NCBI GenBank assembly: GCA_043797085.1
Contig: JAZDQA010000001.1
Location: forward strand, 129,004-193,003
Reading direction: 5' to 3'
DNA length: 64,000 nt
Origin: Pseudomonadota bacterium
Lineage (GTDB): Bacteria > Campylobacterota > Campylobacteria > Campylobacterales > Sulfurimonadaceae
Shown here: piece by piece, positions 21,648-31,395 of the stretch
Numbering within the stretch: the stretch's first letter is position 1
Layout: every line of letters starts with the position of its first letter
The notes under the pieces: model-generated
What the model was told of the DNA's origin: nothing
The model's input: only the letters and a program-made list of their open reading frames with translations
The model's database searches: none
Translations under genes and position numbers: made by a program

Positions 21648-22096
21648 TGAATAACGACATCGAAAACCTCCTTAGCCGGGAAAAATTAGAACTGGCAAGC
21701 ATTCGCTCTCGTGCAGCGGCATTTGGGATTGATGAAGTGCTGTTATCGGTGATCTTGTTTGCCATTTTATGGGATTCTATTTCCAAAGCTACGACCGTTG
21801 AAGATATGATTTTAATCGTCAATACGTTTATTTTAGAATACATGGCGATTAAAATACTTTACCAAACGTTTTTTACCATGCAGTACGGAGCAACACTTGG
21901 CAAGATTGTGATGAAAATACGGGTTATTGAGATTAAAACATTGTCAAATCCGGGATTTTTGAGTGCATTTAATCGATCGGTATTTCGAGTGGTGAGTGAG
22001 ATTCTTTTTTATCTTGGGTTTGCGTGGGCTTTTTTTGACCCTTATCGTAGATCTTGGCATGATCTTAGCGCACGGACTTTGGTTATTGATGCCTAA
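21647..22096 (+). CDS. RDD family membrane protein
   Basis: LASIRSRAAAFGID, GATLGK, WHD motifs. Confidence 0.9.
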   Translation: MNNDIENLLSREKLELASIRSRAAAFGIDEVLLSVILFAILWDSISKATTVEDMILIVNTFILEYMAIKILYQTFFTMQYGATLGKIVMKIRVIEIKTLSNPGFLSAFNRSVFRVVSEILFYLGFAWAFFDPYRRSWHDLSARTLVIDA

Positions 22097-24218
22097 ACTC
22101 GTACTGCTTAGCATCATAAGTGCAAGCATATTACTCGGTGGAGAGCGCATTGAGATTATTGCTTCTCAAGTGGATGTAAACGGTTCGATAGTCCATTCAA
22201 CGACATATCCAACTCTCATTTATCAAGATCAGATTTTAAGTGCGGAAACGATGACCTACGACCGTAATAGCAGCGTCGTGGAGGCTTTTGGTCAGGTTAA
22301 CGCGTTTAAAGCAGGACAATATCATGCAATCAGTGAGTATTCACGATTAAATCTCGAAGAAGAGACCCGTTATTTGAAGCCTTATTACGCACTTGATACC
22401 AATAGTGGCGTTTGGATGAGTACGGATGAGGCAACAGGATGTCAAAATAATATTGATTTAGCGAACGGGATGGTATCGGGATGCGATTCCACGGATCCTC
22501 TTTGGACAATCCGTTTTAGCAGTGCTGATTACAATACGGAAAATATGTGGGTTAATATTTACAATGCCCTGCTGTACATCGATGATGTTCCCGTTATGTA
22601 TTTTCCTTATTTTGGATACCCTACTGATAAAACACGCCGAAGCGGATTGCTTATGCCTTCTTTTGGAATTTCCAGTTCGGAAGGATTGTATTACGAGCAG
22701 CCTATTTACTGGGCACCTACCAACTGGTTTGATGCTGATTTTCGTCCACAAATTCGTACCTCACGCGGTTCTGGAATCTATACAGACATGAGATTTGTTG
22801 ATAGCTCCTCATCAAAAGGTTCCATCAAGTTTGGATATTTTAAAGAGCAGGCTGACTACGCACAAAAATACGACTTGGCGCACAATCAGCATTATGGATT
22901 TGCTCTTGATTATCGCCATAACGATTTTTTAAAAAATTGGTTTGGTGTTGATTTGGATGGGGAATCTGGATTGTATCTTAATGGTTCTTGGATGAATGAC
23001 GTTGATTATCTCAATTTACAAGAAAGCGATGAAACCCAAAACGTTACGGATAATCAAATTTTCTCTCGTATCAATGGATATTACAGCAGTGAGGACAATT
23101 ATATCGGAGCTTATTTTAAATATTATCAATATTTAGATCCGAATATTGACAATAAGCAAACACTTCAAACCCTTCCAGCCCTTCAATATCACCGATATTT
23201 AGAGAATTTTTTTGATAATCATTTGCTTGCAAGTGGTGATATTCAGGCGAGTAATTTCTATCGTCCTGATGGTAAACGAGCGATTCAAGCGGATATTAAT
23301 GTCCCCGTGACATTGCAAACGAGTTTGTTTAATGAGTATTTGGATGCAAGCTATACCGCTAATGCAGCGACACGGGCAATCAGTTTTTACGGTAATGCTA
23401 AAACCGGTGAAAATGACAGTGCATACCCGTCAGGATACTATGCGCAGCTTGACCATACCCTTTCATTGGGGACAACGTTGGTGCGCCCTTACGAAACGAT
23501 GACGCATGTTATTTCTCCCAATATTAGTTACAGTAAAGCAGGAACCCGTCTCTATAATGGATATTATGCAAATCGCCAAGGGCAGTGTAGTTCTACCACA
23601 GTATATCCGTGTGAATTTTATACGTTAAATGAACCAAGTGATGGACTTTCATTGGGTCTGAACAACTTTTTATTTGAAGATGGAAAACAATGGCTCGTAG
23701 ATAGACTGAGCCAAAACTTTCGTTATGATGACACGGGAAGCTATTATGGAGAGTTGCAAAACGAGCTGGAATGGCAAATTACCTCAGCTATTTCGTATTA
23801 TAATCAAACTTCATACAATCATGATCGTAACCGAATTACGAAAGAGCAAAATACTCTTCGCTATAATGACAGTATCATAAACGGGAGTGTTAGCAATTAT
23901 TATACCGATCAGCTTGGAAAAATCCCACAATACGCATCGTATTGGACGGCAGATTTAGCCTATCAGTACAATCGATATACTAAAGTTTTTGGTCTTGTCG
24001 CATACGATAATCAGGAAGCTTTGTTAAAGCGAAGTGAAGCAGGTTTTCTCTATACGCAGCGATGTTTTGACTTTGGGCTTAGATTTGTTCAGAATCGTCG
24101 CCCGATTTTGACCAATACAACGGGGAGTGATTCAGTGGATGACTCTTATGTTTTCATTACCGTTATTTTAAAGCCATTGGGCGGTTCTGAATTTAACTAT
24201 AAACTTACCAAAAATTAA
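22089..24218 (+). CDS. lptD: LPS-assembly protein LptD
   Basis: Signal peptide, beta-jellyroll with SGC, RRSGLLMP motif, long beta-barrel; purD-RDD-lptD synteny. Confidence 0.85.
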   Translation: MPKLVLLSIISASILLGGERIEIIASQVDVNGSIVHSTTYPTLIYQDQILSAETMTYDRNSSVVEAFGQVNAFKAGQYHAISEYSRLNLEEETRYLKPYYALDTNSGVWMSTDEATGCQNNIDLANGMVSGCDSTDPLWTIRFSSADYNTENMWVNIYNALLYIDDVPVMYFPYFGYPTDKTRRSGLLMPSFGISSSEGLYYEQPIYWAPTNWFDADFRPQIRTSRGSGIYTDMRFVDSSSSKGSIKFGYFKEQADYAQKYDLAHNQHYGFALDYRHNDFLKNWFGVDLDGESGLYLNGSWMNDVDYLNLQESDETQNVTDNQIFSRINGYYSSEDNYIGAYFKYYQYLDPNIDNKQTLQTLPALQYHRYLENFFDNHLLASGDIQASNFYRPDGKRAIQADINVPVTLQTSLFNEYLDASYTANAATRAISFYGNAKTGENDSAYPSGYYAQLDHTLSLGTTLVRPYETMTHVISPNISYSKAGTRLYNGYYANRQGQCSSTTVYPCEFYTLNEPSDGLSLGLNNFLFEDGKQWLVDRLSQNFRYDDTGSYYGELQNELEWQITSAISYYNQTSYNHDRNRITKEQNTLRYNDSIINGSVSNYYTDQLGKIPQYASYWTADLAYQYNRYTKVFGLVAYDNQEALLKRSEAGFLYTQRCFDFGLRFVQNRRPILTNTTGSDSVDDSYVFITVILKPLGGSEFNYKLTKN

Positions 24219-24228
24219 TGAGGGCAAG

Positions 24229-25626
24229 ATGAAACTAGAAGCAAAAATCGGATTGTTTGTTGCAGTGGCTCTTGGGGCACTTTTGTTGTTGTCAACACAA
24301 GTGACCTCGCTTGGAAAATGGGGTCAAAAAGGGTACCCGATTGAAGCGTATGTGGATGATGCCTCAGGGATAGAACAACAGACGCACGTTGCGATGAACG
24401 GGGTTGTCATTGGTGCAGTAGAGGCAATTACCATCGAGAAAAAGCAGGTACGTTTAACCTTATTGATTAATGAAGGTATTTTGATACCGGATGATTCATC
24501 GGTTATTGTCGCGCAAGAATCACTTTTGGGATCCAAAGTTTTGAATATCGTAGCCGGTGATTCCTCTTCAAATCTTGTCGAAGGCGGTGTTTTAGTACAA
24601 TCAAAACAGTATGCCTCATTCGATCAAACCAGTGATTCGGTCAATGCTGCAGCAAAAGAGCTTGAGTTGTTAATGCATGATTTCCGTTCAACCCTCGATG
24701 ACGAGCACCGTAAAGCGATCCAAGATGCCATAATCGCATTTAGAGATGTTGGGGTTAACCTAAACGGAGTTGTTGTTGATAATCGCGAAGAACTGCATGC
24801 AGCCATTGCAAATTTTAAAGCCATGAGTGCAGGATTTTCTCAAACAGCCAATACGGTTAATAAAGATTTGCCTGAAATCATGGAACGGATTAGTTCATTG
24901 ACGATGAGAATGAATAATATCAGCGGTGCCGTTGAAGATTCCGTTCCGGAAGCTGTCAATAAATTTGTTGCTATTGAAGACAATATTAGTGCTATTTTAG
25001 CTGAAAATCGTTCCCCTTTGAAATCGACCGTTACATCGGCTGAGTTGTTCTTTAAAAGCGGTGAGGAAGCATTCTCGAAAGTGGATACGCTTCTAAGTAC
25101 GTTTACAACCAGTGAATTACAAGTAGCGATGCACAGCGATTATATGATTCGCGACGGATATGCAAAAATTTATCTAGGGGCTACGTATCTTCCGAATCCG
25201 GAAACGTATTATATGTTTGATTTGGTCAGTACGGATGATTATTCGATAGCGAATGTACTTCCGGCGGTACATAGCGAAGGACAAACCTATATTTCCGCAC
25301 AATACGGAAAACGTTTTGATAATACATTGCTGCGCTTCGGTGCCATTGAGTCAACGGGCGGAATCGGAATCGATTATTTTATGAATCATGATAAAGTGAA
25401 ATTCTCAGGAGAGGTTTTTGATTGGAATGCCATCAATGATGTTCGTGGAACAAGCCCGCATCTTAAGGCACAAGTGCGGTATCAAATGCTCAAACATTTG
25501 GAATTATATGGGGGATGGGATAATTTCCTTAATCCTCAATCGCAAAATATCTTTATGGGGCTAGGACTTCGTTTTATCGATAATAACATTAAGTATCTAT
25601 CTGGCGCGTCATCGTTAGCAAAATAA
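24229..25626 (+). CDS. MlaD/MCE domain protein with long helical region and C-terminal beta domain
   Basis: N-terminal TM (EAKIGLFV), MCE motif V.MNGV.IG.V...SLLG. Confidence 0.8.
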   Translation: MKLEAKIGLFVAVALGALLLLSTQVTSLGKWGQKGYPIEAYVDDASGIEQQTHVAMNGVVIGAVEAITIEKKQVRLTLLINEGILIPDDSSVIVAQESLLGSKVLNIVAGDSSSNLVEGGVLVQSKQYASFDQTSDSVNAAAKELELLMHDFRSTLDDEHRKAIQDAIIAFRDVGVNLNGVVVDNREELHAAIANFKAMSAGFSQTANTVNKDLPEIMERISSLTMRMNNISGAVEDSVPEAVNKFVAIEDNISAILAENRSPLKSTVTSAELFFKSGEEAFSKVDTLLSTFTTSELQVAMHSDYMIRDGYAKIYLGATYLPNPETYYMFDLVSTDDYSIANVLPAVHSEGQTYISAQYGKRFDNTLLRFGAIESTGGIGIDYFMNHDKVKFSGEVFDWNAINDVRGTSPHLKAQVRYQMLKHLELYGGWDNFLNPQSQNIFMGLGLRFIDNNIKYLSGASSLAK

Positions 25627-25651
25627 AACATTTTAATTTTTAAGGGAATAC

Positions 25652-27829
25652 ATGAAATACGATATTACATTGGCATTAACCAATAAAGAAGAGTCTTACG
25701 CTCTTAACCAAGTAGCGGCGCAAGCCAATGGAGCGGTATGGCTCAAATCAGGAAATACCGTTATTTTGGCAACGGTGGTTGTCGATGAGACTGATTTTGT
25801 GGATGAGGATTTTCTCCCATTGACGGTTCAATATCTGGAAAAAAGCTATGCAGCGGGTAAGTTTCCGGGTGGATTTATCAAACGCGAAACCAAACCAAGC
25901 GATTTTGAAGCACTTACATCTCGTATTGTAGATCGCTCGTTACGCCCATTGTTTCCAAAAGGATTTGCCAACCCGATTCAAATTTCTATTTTGGTTTTGA
26001 GCAGTGACAATGAATCCGATTTGCAAGTATTGGCTCTTAACGCCGCATCGGCAGCCTTGTATCTCTCTGATATTGATATTTTTACCTCGGTAAGTGCTGT
26101 GCGTATTGGTAAGATTGATGGAGAAATCATTGTCAATCCGACTTTATCGCAGTTAAAGCAAAGTACTTTAGATTTGTATCTTGCAGGTAGTCGTGATGAT
26201 ATGCTGATGATTGAGATGCAAGCCAATGGAAGTGATGAGGTTATGATTCTTGATATGGGAGCAGTTGAGCCTTTTATCGATCCTGTTCTTACAAATCAAA
26301 CGTTATTAAAGCGTCAAAGTAACGCAATGGCAGAAGATGAGTTGATCGAAGTATTGGCGTTGGCACAAGCCGAGCTCAAAACAGCGAATACAGCTTACGA
26401 GCACGCCTTTAAACCACTTGCTAAATTTGCGTTCGAATTAAAATATGTTGTGAGTGAAATCGATGCAACAATGTCTGAGTATGTACGTTCGACTCATACC
26501 GATGATTTGAAACGCGGTATCGCTGCAATGGCAAAAACAGAGCGTTCAAAAGCTCTTCGTACTATCCGTAAAACCATTATGGTTGAAAAGCCGGAGTGGA
26601 ATGAACATGAGTTGAAAAAGGCGATAGAGCAAGTCAAACGCTCGATGGTACGTGCTCAGATCTTGGATGAAAAAGTTCGTGCTGACGGACGTGCCCTTAA
26701 CGAAGTTCGCCCCATCACAATCGAAACCAATATTTTACCAAGTGCTCACGCTTCGGCATTGTTTACTCGCGGACAAACGCAAGCATTGGTGATTTTGACC
26801 CTTGGCGGTGCTAAAGATGCTCAAATGTACGAGGGACTCACCGACAGTGGGACTCAAAATGATGCCTTTATGGTTCATTACAACTTTCCGGGATTTAGTG
26901 TTGGAGAGCCTTCACCTATTGGTGCACCTCGCCGTCGTGAACTGGGTCATGGAAATCTTGCAAAACGTGCTCTTGAAGGTTCTACTGTACGTAATGGTCA
27001 AACGATTCGTCTGGTATCAGAGATTTTAGAGTCCAATGGTTCATCCTCAATGGCAACAGTATGTGGTGGCTACATGGCACTTCGTGCAGGAGATATCGAG
27101 GTGTGTGAGCCTATTGCCGGCGTTGCAATGGGTATGGTTCAAGAAGGAGATCGTCACGCTATTTTGAGCGATATTATGGGACTGGAAGATCATGACGGCG
27201 ATTTGGATTTTAAAGTAACGGGCTCTAAGTTTGGTATCACTGCAATGCAAATGGACATTAAACTGGGTGGAATTGCGTTGGATATTTTACGTGAAGCGCT
27301 TTATCAAGCTAAAGAGGCGCGAGCTCATATCATTGATATTATGATCGATGCAGAAAAAAGTATTGAACTGAACGAAGGGACATTACCAAGTACTGAGTTG
27401 TTCCATATTGACCCAAGCTTTATAGGTGATATTATCGGTCAAGCGGGCAAAACCATTCGTGAGATTATCGAAAAATTTGACGTAGCAATCGATATCGATA
27501 AGAAAAAAGGATCGGTTAAGCTTACAGGTAAAAATCGTGATGGGATCAAAGGTGCTCGTGATCACATCGAGGGTATCGTAAGCGGAATAGAGTCTACCCC
27601 TAAAGTCGAATACAAAGTAGGCGATGTCGTTAACGGAAAAGTGAAAAAAATCGTTGATTTTGGAGCATTTATTGAGCTTCCAGGCGGTATCGACGGTCTT
27701 ATGCACATCTCTAAGATTTCCGATGAGCGTGTTGAACGTGTCAGTGATGTGTTTAAAGAAGGGGATGAGCTTATGGTAGAAATCGTCGAATTCAAAGGAA
27801 ATAAGATAGGTTTGGGTCGGGCTAAGTAA
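25652..27829 (+). CDS. pnp: Polyribonucleotide nucleotidyltransferase
   Basis: FLPLTV, RIVDRSLRPLFP, RRELGHG, ESNGSSSMA, KH (IIGQAG) and S1 domains. Confidence 0.97.
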   Translation: MKYDITLALTNKEESYALNQVAAQANGAVWLKSGNTVILATVVVDETDFVDEDFLPLTVQYLEKSYAAGKFPGGFIKRETKPSDFEALTSRIVDRSLRPLFPKGFANPIQISILVLSSDNESDLQVLALNAASAALYLSDIDIFTSVSAVRIGKIDGEIIVNPTLSQLKQSTLDLYLAGSRDDMLMIEMQANGSDEVMILDMGAVEPFIDPVLTNQTLLKRQSNAMAEDELIEVLALAQAELKTANTAYEHAFKPLAKFAFELKYVVSEIDATMSEYVRSTHTDDLKRGIAAMAKTERSKALRTIRKTIMVEKPEWNEHELKKAIEQVKRSMVRAQILDEKVRADGRALNEVRPITIETNILPSAHASALFTRGQTQALVILTLGGAKDAQMYEGLTDSGTQNDAFMVHYNFPGFSVGEPSPIGAPRRRELGHGNLAKRALEGSTVRNGQTIRLVSEILESNGSSSMATVCGGYMALRAGDIEVCEPIAGVAMGMVQEGDRHAILSDIMGLEDHDGDLDFKVTGSKFGITAMQMDIKLGGIALDILREALYQAKEARAHIIDIMIDAEKSIELNEGTLPSTELFHIDPSFIGDIIGQAGKTIREIIEKFDVAIDIDKKKGSVKLTGKNRDGIKGARDHIEGIVSGIESTPKVEYKVGDVVNGKVKKIVDFGAFIELPGGIDGLMHISKISDERVERVSDVFKEGDELMVEIVEFKGNKIGLGRAK

Positions 27830-27922
27830 GTTTTTAGCTCTTTAGTTTTACAATGCCGTCCACAAAGTGATAAGTAGGGACACTATCCGAACAGACTTTG
27901 ATATTAATTACGGAGATAACCT

Positions 27923-28300
27923 ATGAAAAAAGTTCTTTTTCTTATGATCGCTCTTGTTGCTTCAGTATTTGGTGCTGAAGAAGCAGTAGCTGTTGTTGAA
28001 GCGGCTGTTGATGCTGCACCTGCTGCTGCGCCAGTTGTTGCTGACGTTGCTAACCAAACATTGAAAGCGTATTCTATGATCGCTGCTGGTGTTGGTCTTG
28101 GTTTAGCTGCTCTTGGTGGAGCTATCGGTATGGGTAGCACTGCTGCTGCAACTATCGCTGGTACTGCACGTAACCCAGGCCTTGGCGGAAAATTGATGAC
28201 AACTATGTTCATCGCTCTTGCTATGATCGAAGCACAAGTTATTTATACCCTAGTAATCGCTCTTATCGCGCTTTACGCAAATCCTTATTTAGTAGCGTAA
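27923..28300 (+). CDS. atpE: ATP synthase F0 subunit c with N-terminal extension
   Basis: GLGLAALGGAIGMG glycine motif, ARNP loop, MIEAQVIY essential Glu. Confidence 0.95.
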   Translation: MKKVLFLMIALVASVFGAEEAVAVVEAAVDAAPAAAPVVADVANQTLKAYSMIAAGVGLGLAALGGAIGMGSTAAATIAGTARNPGLGGKLMTTMFIALAMIEAQVIYTLVIALIALYANPYLVA

Positions 28301-28318
28301 GTTACTCAATAAACCTCA

Positions 28319-28346
28319 GATTAGCTTCGGCTAATCACCTTTTTTC
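28319..28346 (+). terminator. UUCG-capped hairpin / intrinsic terminator after atpE
   Basis: gattagc-ttcg-gctaatc followed by acc and a T6 run. Confidence 0.6.
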
Positions 28347-28347
28347 T

Positions 28348-28431
28348 GCGGACGTGGTGGAATGGTAGACACGCTACCTTGAGGTGGTAGTGCCAACAGG
28401 TGTGGGGGTTCAAATCCCCCCGTCCGCACCA
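28348..28431 (+). tRNA. tRNA-Leu (GAG)
   Basis: Acceptor gcggacg/cgtccgc, D-loop tggaatggtagac, anticodon stem ctacc-tt-GAG-gt-ggtag, long variable arm, ttcaaatc T-loop, encoded CCA. Confidence 0.97.
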
Positions 28432-28436
28432 TCTTT
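28409..28436 (+). repeat. attL core (tRNA-Leu 3' end)
   Basis: ttcaaatccccccgtccgcaccatcttt, identical to 39769-39796. Confidence 0.95.
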
Positions 28437-28506
28437 ACTCTTTAACCCCCTAAAATAGCCACTTTCAAAGCCTTTATCTAAAACCACTAAAAACCCCCAT
28501 ACACCC

Positions 28507-29379
28507 CTAGTACGGATTTATGTCCAATTTAAAATCAAATTTTCCGTCATTGATAAATTTAGCGTAGACCTGATGAACCATTTGTGAATCACGATGTCCG
28601 AGTATTTGAGCGAGATTGTGCGGAGTAGTGTAACCACCTGAGAGCATCATAGTAGCGAAGGTGTGTCGAGTGTTGTATAACCGTCGATATTTTATTCCAA
28701 GCTCATCAAAAATCGGCAGCCAAAACTTGTTTGAGAAAGTTTCGTTATGCTGATAGGGCTTTCCAAATTGGGTTACAAAAAGATATTCGTGATCATGATG
28801 ATCAAAGAGCTGCTGCAAGTGAGGGCGCAATAAATCTAAAATAGGGACAGAACGAAAACCGCTTTGAGTTTTGGGTGAGTTCTCCCCATGCCGTCCCCGT
28901 GTACGCTTGATCTTCATAAAACCTTTTTGAAAATCTATATCCTCTTTTTTAAGTCCCATTATCTCACCCGAACGCATACCAGTGTAAAAAGCAATGTATA
29001 GATAATGTTTGAAATTGAAATTATGAACATGATCGATGATTTGATGCATCTCTTTAACTGAAAAAGGCAAGATCTCTTTTTTCATTATTCGAGGTTTACG
29101 CAAGAATCGGCAGGGGTTGGAAGTTATAACTTCATCATAAATAGCTTCATCAAATATTCCCGTGAGCATGGAGATATAATGCGTTAATGTTTTGTTTGAA
29201 CATTGATAATTCAGCAACCAAAGACGGAGTTCACTTGCTTTAATTTCTGAAATATTACGATCTAAAAAAGATGGCATGATTTTATTGCGGATAGTGCCGT
29301 CATAGCGGTAATAGGTAGAGGGTTTTAATTCTACCTTTTTGATTTTTAGGTATGTTTCGGCGTAGTAGTTAAAAGTCAT
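28507..29379 (-). CDS. Tyrosine recombinase / phage integrase
   Basis: YTGMRSGE (R), PKT (K), YNTRHTFAT (xxxR), LGH and catalytic Y in HQVYAK; adjacent to attL. Confidence 0.95.
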   Translation of the reverse strand: MTFNYYAETYLKIKKVELKPSTYYRYDGTIRNKIMPSFLDRNISEIKASELRLWLLNYQCSNKTLTHYISMLTGIFDEAIYDEVITSNPCRFLRKPRIMKKEILPFSVKEMHQIIDHVHNFNFKHYLYIAFYTGMRSGEIMGLKKEDIDFQKGFMKIKRTRGRHGENSPKTQSGFRSVPILDLLRPHLQQLFDHHDHEYLFVTQFGKPYQHNETFSNKFWLPIFDELGIKYRRLYNTRHTFATMMLSGGYTTPHNLAQILGHRDSQMVHQVYAKFINDGKFDFKLDINPY

Positions 29380-29664
29380 TTAAAATCTTGAAAATGAAAA
29401 AGTAGGTTTAAAATAAGAAATAGACTCTAAGGTATCAAGAGACAAAGAAAGCGAATTATAACAACCAACACTAATACCATTAGTTTTACGCCACTTACGA
29501 TCAAATATATCAACATAATGATACTTAAGTTCACGAACCAAAATAAAATCTTGTAAAACCTCTTCACCATTAATATAACGAATTGGACGAACACGAAAAG
29601 AAGCTAACTTATTATTTTGAGACCATAAAACACTGTCAGGATAATCAGCAAGATTAATTAACAT
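29380..29664 (-). CDS. Prophage hypothetical protein
   Basis: AAGGA RBS; abuts the integrase start. Confidence 0.55.
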   Translation of the reverse strand: MLINLADYPDSVLWSQNNKLASFRVRPIRYINGEEVLQDFILVRELKYHYVDIFDRKWRKTNGISVGCYNSLSLSLDTLESISYFKPTFSFSRF

Positions 29665-29789
29665 TTAAAATCCTTTTTTATTTGAGAAAGCGTTAATTGC
29701 TTACAAAAATGATATTTAGCCGTTTTTTTATCATAAAAACCACCACCACAAAAACCACCGCATGAACTACATTGCCGTATCATTGTCAT
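29658..29789 (-). CDS. Small Cys-rich prophage protein (43 aa), absent from the ORF track
   Basis: MTMIRQCSSCGGFCGGGFYDKKTAKYHFCKQLTLSQIKKDFKC; GGGGG RBS; overlaps both neighbours and fills the gap exactly. Confidence 0.55.
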   Translation of the reverse strand: MTMIRQCSSCGGFCGGGFYDKKTAKYHFCKQLTLSQIKKDFKC

Positions 29790-30009
29790 ACCCCCACAAT
29801 TCAGATTCAAAAGAACGTTCTAAACATCGAAGCGAAGTAAGTTCATATTCTTCAAAATGCGTCATAGTAACAAGACGATAAAGTTCATCAATACGAAAAT
29901 CAATAAAAGAAAAATCCGTATTATCATGCATTGAAGAAACATAACTATCAGAATCAATGCCACTTTCAATCATAAGTGAATCTCTATCGTTAAATGTGCT
30001 CATTGTCAT
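29767..30009 (-). CDS. Prophage acidic hypothetical protein
   Basis: GGGGA RBS, overlaps the rep 3' end. Confidence 0.55.
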   Translation of the reverse strand: MTMSTFNDRDSLMIESGIDSDSYVSSMHDNTDFSFIDFRIDELYRLVTMTHFEEYELTSLRCLERSFESELWGYDNDTAM

Positions 30010-31372
30010 ATCCCCACAAATCAGATTCTAAACCAGCTTTTAACGTAATAGGATCAGCACGAAGCAAACCACGATCAACCATTTCGTTATGAGTATGAGC
30101 GTAATGATGAGCGTTAACGGTTTCTATGTCCATTTCTTCATGGTAATAGTTCCAAAGCTGTAAATCACTCATGCGGACGGGTTGAGGGGTGAAATTGAAT
30201 AGCTCACCATCACGGTAAAGGAAATGTTCACCGTCGATGAAAGCATCAATTGTTTTATTGGGAGTGTGAGGATCTTTCCAAATAGATGGAGTTTGTGGAA
30301 GAGTACGAGAGGTATTATCTCTTTTGTCTTTGAGTTCACCAGTTTGACGGATGATAATATTGGTGTTAATGTAGCTCAATGTCAAAACGCCCTGATCATA
30401 CTGGAGACATCTGCCCGATTGCTCAATAAACATGAAGTGATCATCTTCTTTGTTCCATTCACAAAGAAGCGGTTGAGAGCGTTTAAGAGCGGTGATGTGC
30501 AACCATGATTTTTCAATGGTGAATACTTTTTGATAAACCCATTGCGGAACGGTTGAATGAGAAGTGGTAATACGACGGATCTTATGCTTTACGTACCACG
30601 CTTGCAGATAATCAAGCTCATCATTGTTTTTGATGTCCATGAATGACTTGGTGACGTATTTCATGATGTAGCCGACGGGGTTATAGATTGCAGTTTGAAA
30701 GCCCTTTGTATCATCGGGGTTACTGTCAACGTCCGTTGATTTAACATGATTTTGAGGAGCGGGGAAGTATCGCTCGAAGTCTTTTTTAAAGGTGGGAAAA
30801 TACTCTTCAGGAATCCACAAAAGAACGTGAAAATGGGGAACACCGTCTTTGTGAGGTTCAGAAGCTTTGAGGTAAACGAAATCTTTGCCCTCTTTTTTGA
30901 GCTTTTTGAAAGCGTATCCGGCAGAGAAGCGATACCATTGATAAGAGAGCGTGTTATAGCAATCTTTGACGGTGAATTTCTTGCCCTCTTTTATCTTTTC
31001 GCGAAGAAAGCCATAAGTCTCATTATTAGGGATATGGCGCTCATAATCAATCTTGCTAGTTGCATTTAGTTTGTCCCACTTTCTGTAATCTGATTTTAAA
31101 AAGCCACGAAAGAAACCATCAAGCGTAATCGTTAAGAAAACGGGCTTTAAACCCTCATTGAAAGCTAAGTCCGCCATCGTGTTGATCTTGTTGGAAAGTT
31201 GCGCGTAATAGCGTTCTGACATATTGGCGCTGAACGAAACGTCCAGTAATGATTTAACTTGACCCGTTGCGGTGTGGAAATGGTTGTTTTCCAAATAATT
31301 ACGCTGTTTGTCGATTTTATCCCGCATCTGCTGCAAGTCATCGGCGGTTAATCCGTAGGTGTTTTTATTCAT
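29990..31372 (-). CDS. Rolling-circle replication initiator (HUH endonuclease, two-Tyr gpA-like type)
   Basis: Motif I FLTITL, motif II EPHKDGVPHFH, motif III YIMKYVTK; RBS GGAG before ATG at 31372. Confidence 0.88.
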   Translation of the reverse strand: MNKNTYGLTADDLQQMRDKIDKQRNYLENNHFHTATGQVKSLLDVSFSANMSERYYAQLSNKINTMADLAFNEGLKPVFLTITLDGFFRGFLKSDYRKWDKLNATSKIDYERHIPNNETYGFLREKIKEGKKFTVKDCYNTLSYQWYRFSAGYAFKKLKKEGKDFVYLKASEPHKDGVPHFHVLLWIPEEYFPTFKKDFERYFPAPQNHVKSTDVDSNPDDTKGFQTAIYNPVGYIMKYVTKSFMDIKNNDELDYLQAWYVKHKIRRITTSHSTVPQWVYQKVFTIEKSWLHITALKRSQPLLCEWNKEDDHFMFIEQSGRCLQYDQGVLTLSYINTNIIIRQTGELKDKRDNTSRTLPQTPSIWKDPHTPNKTIDAFIDGEHFLYRDGELFNFTPQPVRMSDLQLWNYYHEEMDIETVNAHHYAHTHNEMVDRGLLRADPITLKAGLESDLWGYDNEHI

Positions 31373-31395
31373 GGCTTTCACTCCTATTTTAAGAT

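Noticed and set aside
27923..28300. atpE separated from the atp operon as a novelty
   Set aside because: Split atp genes are normal in Campylobacterota
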